The notes below the pieces were generated by a model. That model had not been told where the DNA came from, made no database searches, and worked only from the letters and a program-made list of their open reading frames with translations. The translations under genes were made by a program, and so were the position numbers. From Kiritimatiellia bacterium (lineage in GTDB: Bacteria; Verrucomicrobiota; Kiritimatiellia; RFP12; UBA1067): a DNA stretch of 64,000 bases. The DNA lies in the NCBI GenBank assembly GCA_051884875.1, contig JBJEWD010000020.1, positions 101,011 through 165,010 on the forward strand. Direction: 5' to 3'. Position 1 is the first letter of the stretch; each line of letters starts with the position of its first letter. Shown here piece by piece: positions 61,969-64,000 of this stretch.

Positions 61969-62673
61969 CTAACTGCGGGCGATGAGTCCGCCCAGCCAGG
62001 AGAAGAGAGAGGAGAGCGCCCACCCGACGGCGGCGTAGGCGGCACCGAGGCGCATCAGCAGCATTCCGCCGGCATGCGCGAACGTCAGCGGCGTCAGGGC
62101 CGCCAGCCAGACGAGAACCAGCAGAAGATTCGCGCAATAGATGAACGTCCAGGAAAAGATGCGGCCGTAGAGCGTGACGTCGGGTTGACGCTGCGTCAGC
62201 GTCTCGATCGTGAACAGGAGGTGAAACGCCCACGTCAACCCGATCAGGAACATCCAAAGCGGCAGCCACGGCAAGGTGCGGGCGAACGCCCAGACGATCA
62301 GGGCGAGAACGGTGACAAGGAAGGTGTAGAACGGGAAGAAGTAGGGCGCCAGGGTGATGAAGACGTTCGTCTTCGTCAGCCGCACGCTACCTCCGCGCGC
62401 GCCGACGCGCAGGCCGGACGGAAGGGCGCCGAAAAGGAGCCCCCACAGGGCATGGGTCAGCTCATGGCCGATGACGTAGGCCTTGACGGGATGCGGCAGC
62501 GCCATCCACCCGAAGGCAAACGCCACCATGCCGCCGAGAAAGGCCAAGGCCGACCAGCCGAAGCCGCACCGCGCGCCCGCCGCCACGACAATGGCGTCGA
62601 TCAGAGCGCGGGTCATGCCCCAGCAGGCTGGTACCATCAGCACCCCCACGACCATACGCAGAAAGTTCGCCAT
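61969..62673 (-). CDS. Polytopic membrane protein with an HExxH motif (DUF3267/M50-like putative zinc metalloprotease)
   Basis: YVIGHELTHALWG lies within a protein of about 6 TM helices. Confidence 0.5.
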   Translation of the reverse strand: MANFLRMVVGVLMVPACWGMTRALIDAIVVAAGARCGFGWSALAFLGGMVAFAFGWMALPHPVKAYVIGHELTHALWGLLFGALPSGLRVGARGGSVRLTKTNVFITLAPYFFPFYTFLVTVLALIVWAFARTLPWLPLWMFLIGLTWAFHLLFTIETLTQRQPDVTLYGRIFSWTFIYCANLLLVLVWLAALTPLTFAHAGGMLLMRLGAAYAAVGWALSSLFSWLGGLIARS

Positions 62674-62981
62674 CAGTCGTCGTCAAAGATGAACACGAGT
62701 TCGCCGGGGAAGACGCGATGGTTCTGGCGCGCGATCTTCTCGACGAAGGCACTGTCGGTGCGGTAGCGGCGTTGAAACGTCTTCAGCTCCTCAATCTCGC
62801 GGCGCTTCTTCTCGATGCGCTCGGCCAGGTCGGCCTCCTCGCGCTTCAGGGCGCGGCTGCGCACGTAGGTCGGCCAGACTGAGACGAGCCCGACCACGAT
62901 GATGCCCAATACGAGCACCACGGTGAACACTCTGAGAACCTTGTCTTTGAAGCCTTCTTGCATCGCCGTTGAGTATACCAA
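62673..62981 (-). CDS. ftsB: Septum formation initiator (FtsB/DivIC-like)
   Basis: A single TM, a coiled coil (REEADLAERIEKKRREIEELK), and the conserved tail FVEKIARQNHRVFPGELVF. Confidence 0.7.
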   Translation of the reverse strand: MVYSTAMQEGFKDKVLRVFTVVLVLGIIVVGLVSVWPTYVRSRALKREEADLAERIEKKRREIEELKTFQRRYRTDSAFVEKIARQNHRVFPGELVFIFDDD

Positions 62982-63000
62982 AAATATATTGGATTAAACA

Positions 63001-63028
63001 TTGACTTTCGAAAAAAATGTGAGATACT
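63001..63028 (+). promoter_or_regulatory. Candidate sigma70 promoter (TTGACT-16-TGaGATACT) for the CBM48 gene
   Basis: The plus strand reads TTGACTttcgaaaaaaatgTGaGATACT, about 60 nt upstream of ATG 63090. Confidence 0.4.
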
Positions 63029-63089
63029 ATTCGCCGTTCGCTGGATGAAAGACGTTCGGCGGACAACTTAAGGAAAGCAGAGGCAACCA

Positions 63090-63446
63090 ATGAAGATCAA
63101 GACCACCAAGAAGACCACGACCGCTACAGTCGTCACCAAGAAGGCCTGCAAGCCGGCCGCCGCCCCCAAGGCCGCGAAGCCGGTCGCCAAGACCGTCACG
63201 TTCACGGTTCACGCCGAAAAGGGCAAGGCCGTCTACGTCGCGGGCGAGTTCAACAGCTGGAACCCGACTGCGAAGAAGATGGCGTACAAGGCCAAGGCCG
63301 GCATCTACGAAGCGACGGTCAAGCTGGTCCCGGGTGAGTATCAGTACAAATTCGTGATCGACGGCACGTGGTGCGCCGATCCGGAGAACGTCAACTCGGT
63401 CCAGAACGACCAGGGTACGTTCAATTCGATCATCGTCGTCAAGTAA
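63090..63446 (+). CDS. Small glycogen-binding (CBM48/AMPK-beta-like, E-set) domain protein with a Lys/Thr/Ala-rich N-terminus
   Basis: VTFTVHAEKGKAVYVAGEFNSWNP....MAYK..GIYEATVKLVPGEYQYKFVIDGTWCADPEN is the classic CBM48 pattern. Confidence 0.8.
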   Translation: MKIKTTKKTTTATVVTKKACKPAAAPKAAKPVAKTVTFTVHAEKGKAVYVAGEFNSWNPTAKKMAYKAKAGIYEATVKLVPGEYQYKFVIDGTWCADPENVNSVQNDQGTFNSIIVVK

Positions 63447-63498
63447 GGGGATGTCGGATAAGCAGATGGCGGTCGGGTGACCGTCCGTCAGAAATTAA

Positions 63499-63520
63499 GG
63501 CTGCGGAGAATTCCGCAGCC
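63499..63520. terminator. Bidirectional hairpin terminator between convergent genes
   Basis: GGCTGCGGA-GAAT-TCCGCAGCC is a perfect 9-bp stem, followed by TTGACTCTTT on the plus strand. Confidence 0.55.
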
Positions 63521-63550
63521 TTGACTCTTTCGTCCGCCAACGCCCCGCGC

Positions 63551-64000
63551 TCACCTCACACCGCCATTCGCCTTGGCGAGGTTCTTCAGCTTCGGCGTAT
63601 AGGCGAGACGCTCGACGGCCGTCATGTGGTCGATGTAAAGGACGCCGTTGAGATGATCGATTTCATGCTGAAGCGCACGGGCGAGGAATCCGCGGGCGGA
63701 GACGATCTGCGGGAGTCCGTTCTCATCGAGGTATTGGCAGGAAACCTGCTGCGCACGGGTGATTGAGCCGCCGATGCCCGGAAAGCTCAAACAGCCTTCC
63801 TTGTCCGTCTGCGCCCCCTCCTGCATGATGATTTCAGGGTTGAAGAGCCTGAGCGGCATCGCGATCGGCGCATTAAAGAGGGCGTCCTCCTCGTTTTCGC
63901 ATCCTTCGGGAATGTCGATGACGCACATCTTCTCCAGACGTCCCACCTGTTGCGCGGCAAGACCGACGCCTCGCGACGCATGCATCGTCTCAAGCATATC
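63551..64000 (-). CDS. def: Peptide deformylase; N-terminus lies outside the window
   Basis: GVGLAAQQVG, EGCLSFPG and QHEIDHLNG are the three Def motifs. The ORF runs off the right edge. Confidence 0.9.
   Translation of the reverse strand, partial: DMLETMHASRGVGLAAQQVGRLEKMCVIDIPEGCENEEDALFNAPIAMPLRLFNPEIIMQEGAQTDKEGCLSFPGIGGSITRAQQVSCQYLDENGLPQIVSARGFLARALQHEIDHLNGVLYIDHMTAVERLAYTPKLKNLAKANGGVR

Overview
High-GC (about 65% by eye, not computed) bacterial chromosomal window. It is gene-dense, roughly 90% of genes are on the minus strand, and many neighbouring genes share 4-nt ATGA/GTGA stop-start overlaps. The gene content suggests a PVC-superphylum organism (Kiritimatiellota, Lentisphaerota or Verrucomicrobiota-like): prepilin-type pseudopilins, giant secreted beta-helix and CotH proteins, GH43-rich glycan degradation, LpxI, and a eukaryote-type hexokinase. 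This taxonomic assignment is inference only.

Blocks, in window order:
1. 1-8363: surface-glycan/LPS locus (GT1, GT17, FkbM, DUF5672-like, GT-D-like, GT4, gmhA). It is interrupted by an IS200/RAYT-like HUH gene carrying REP-like palindromes and a perfect 298-bp tandem duplication.
2. 8451-23657: housekeeping genes (XylR-like regulator, HNH, lpxB, lpxI, prfA, rpmE, PPIase, hexokinase, rsmA, AsmA-like, tRNA-Glu, tRNA-Leu, tex, trmB, pgpA, rluD).
3. 23661-27541: gspG-H-I-J-K pseudopilin operon.
4. 27617-32914: translationally coupled envelope-lipid module (sugar acetyltransferase, WaaA fused to a spermidine-synthase-like/TPR domain, lipoprotein, KAS, ApeP-like dehydratase).
5. 33535-41635: two giant secreted proteins (CotH/LTD, 1444 aa; beta-helix/LamG, 1171 aa).
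6. 41725-52254: four consecutive GH43-containing hydrolase genes, including GH43-GH51 and GH5-GH43 fusions.
7. About 52400-53560: a compositionally aberrant, AT-rich island with an orphan JAB/DUF4329-like toxin tip, an overlapping signal-peptide immunity candidate and a second fragment. This is the most unusual spot in the window.
8. 53581-64000: housekeeping genes (GNAT, hexose-6-P mutarotase, CPBP protease, rlmI, iorA, HAD, PTS-IIA-like, holA, lgt, metalloprotease-like, ftsB, CBM48 protein, def).

No rRNA, CRISPR array or intact IS/prophage was seen. All functional calls come from motif recognition by eye; no database search was run.
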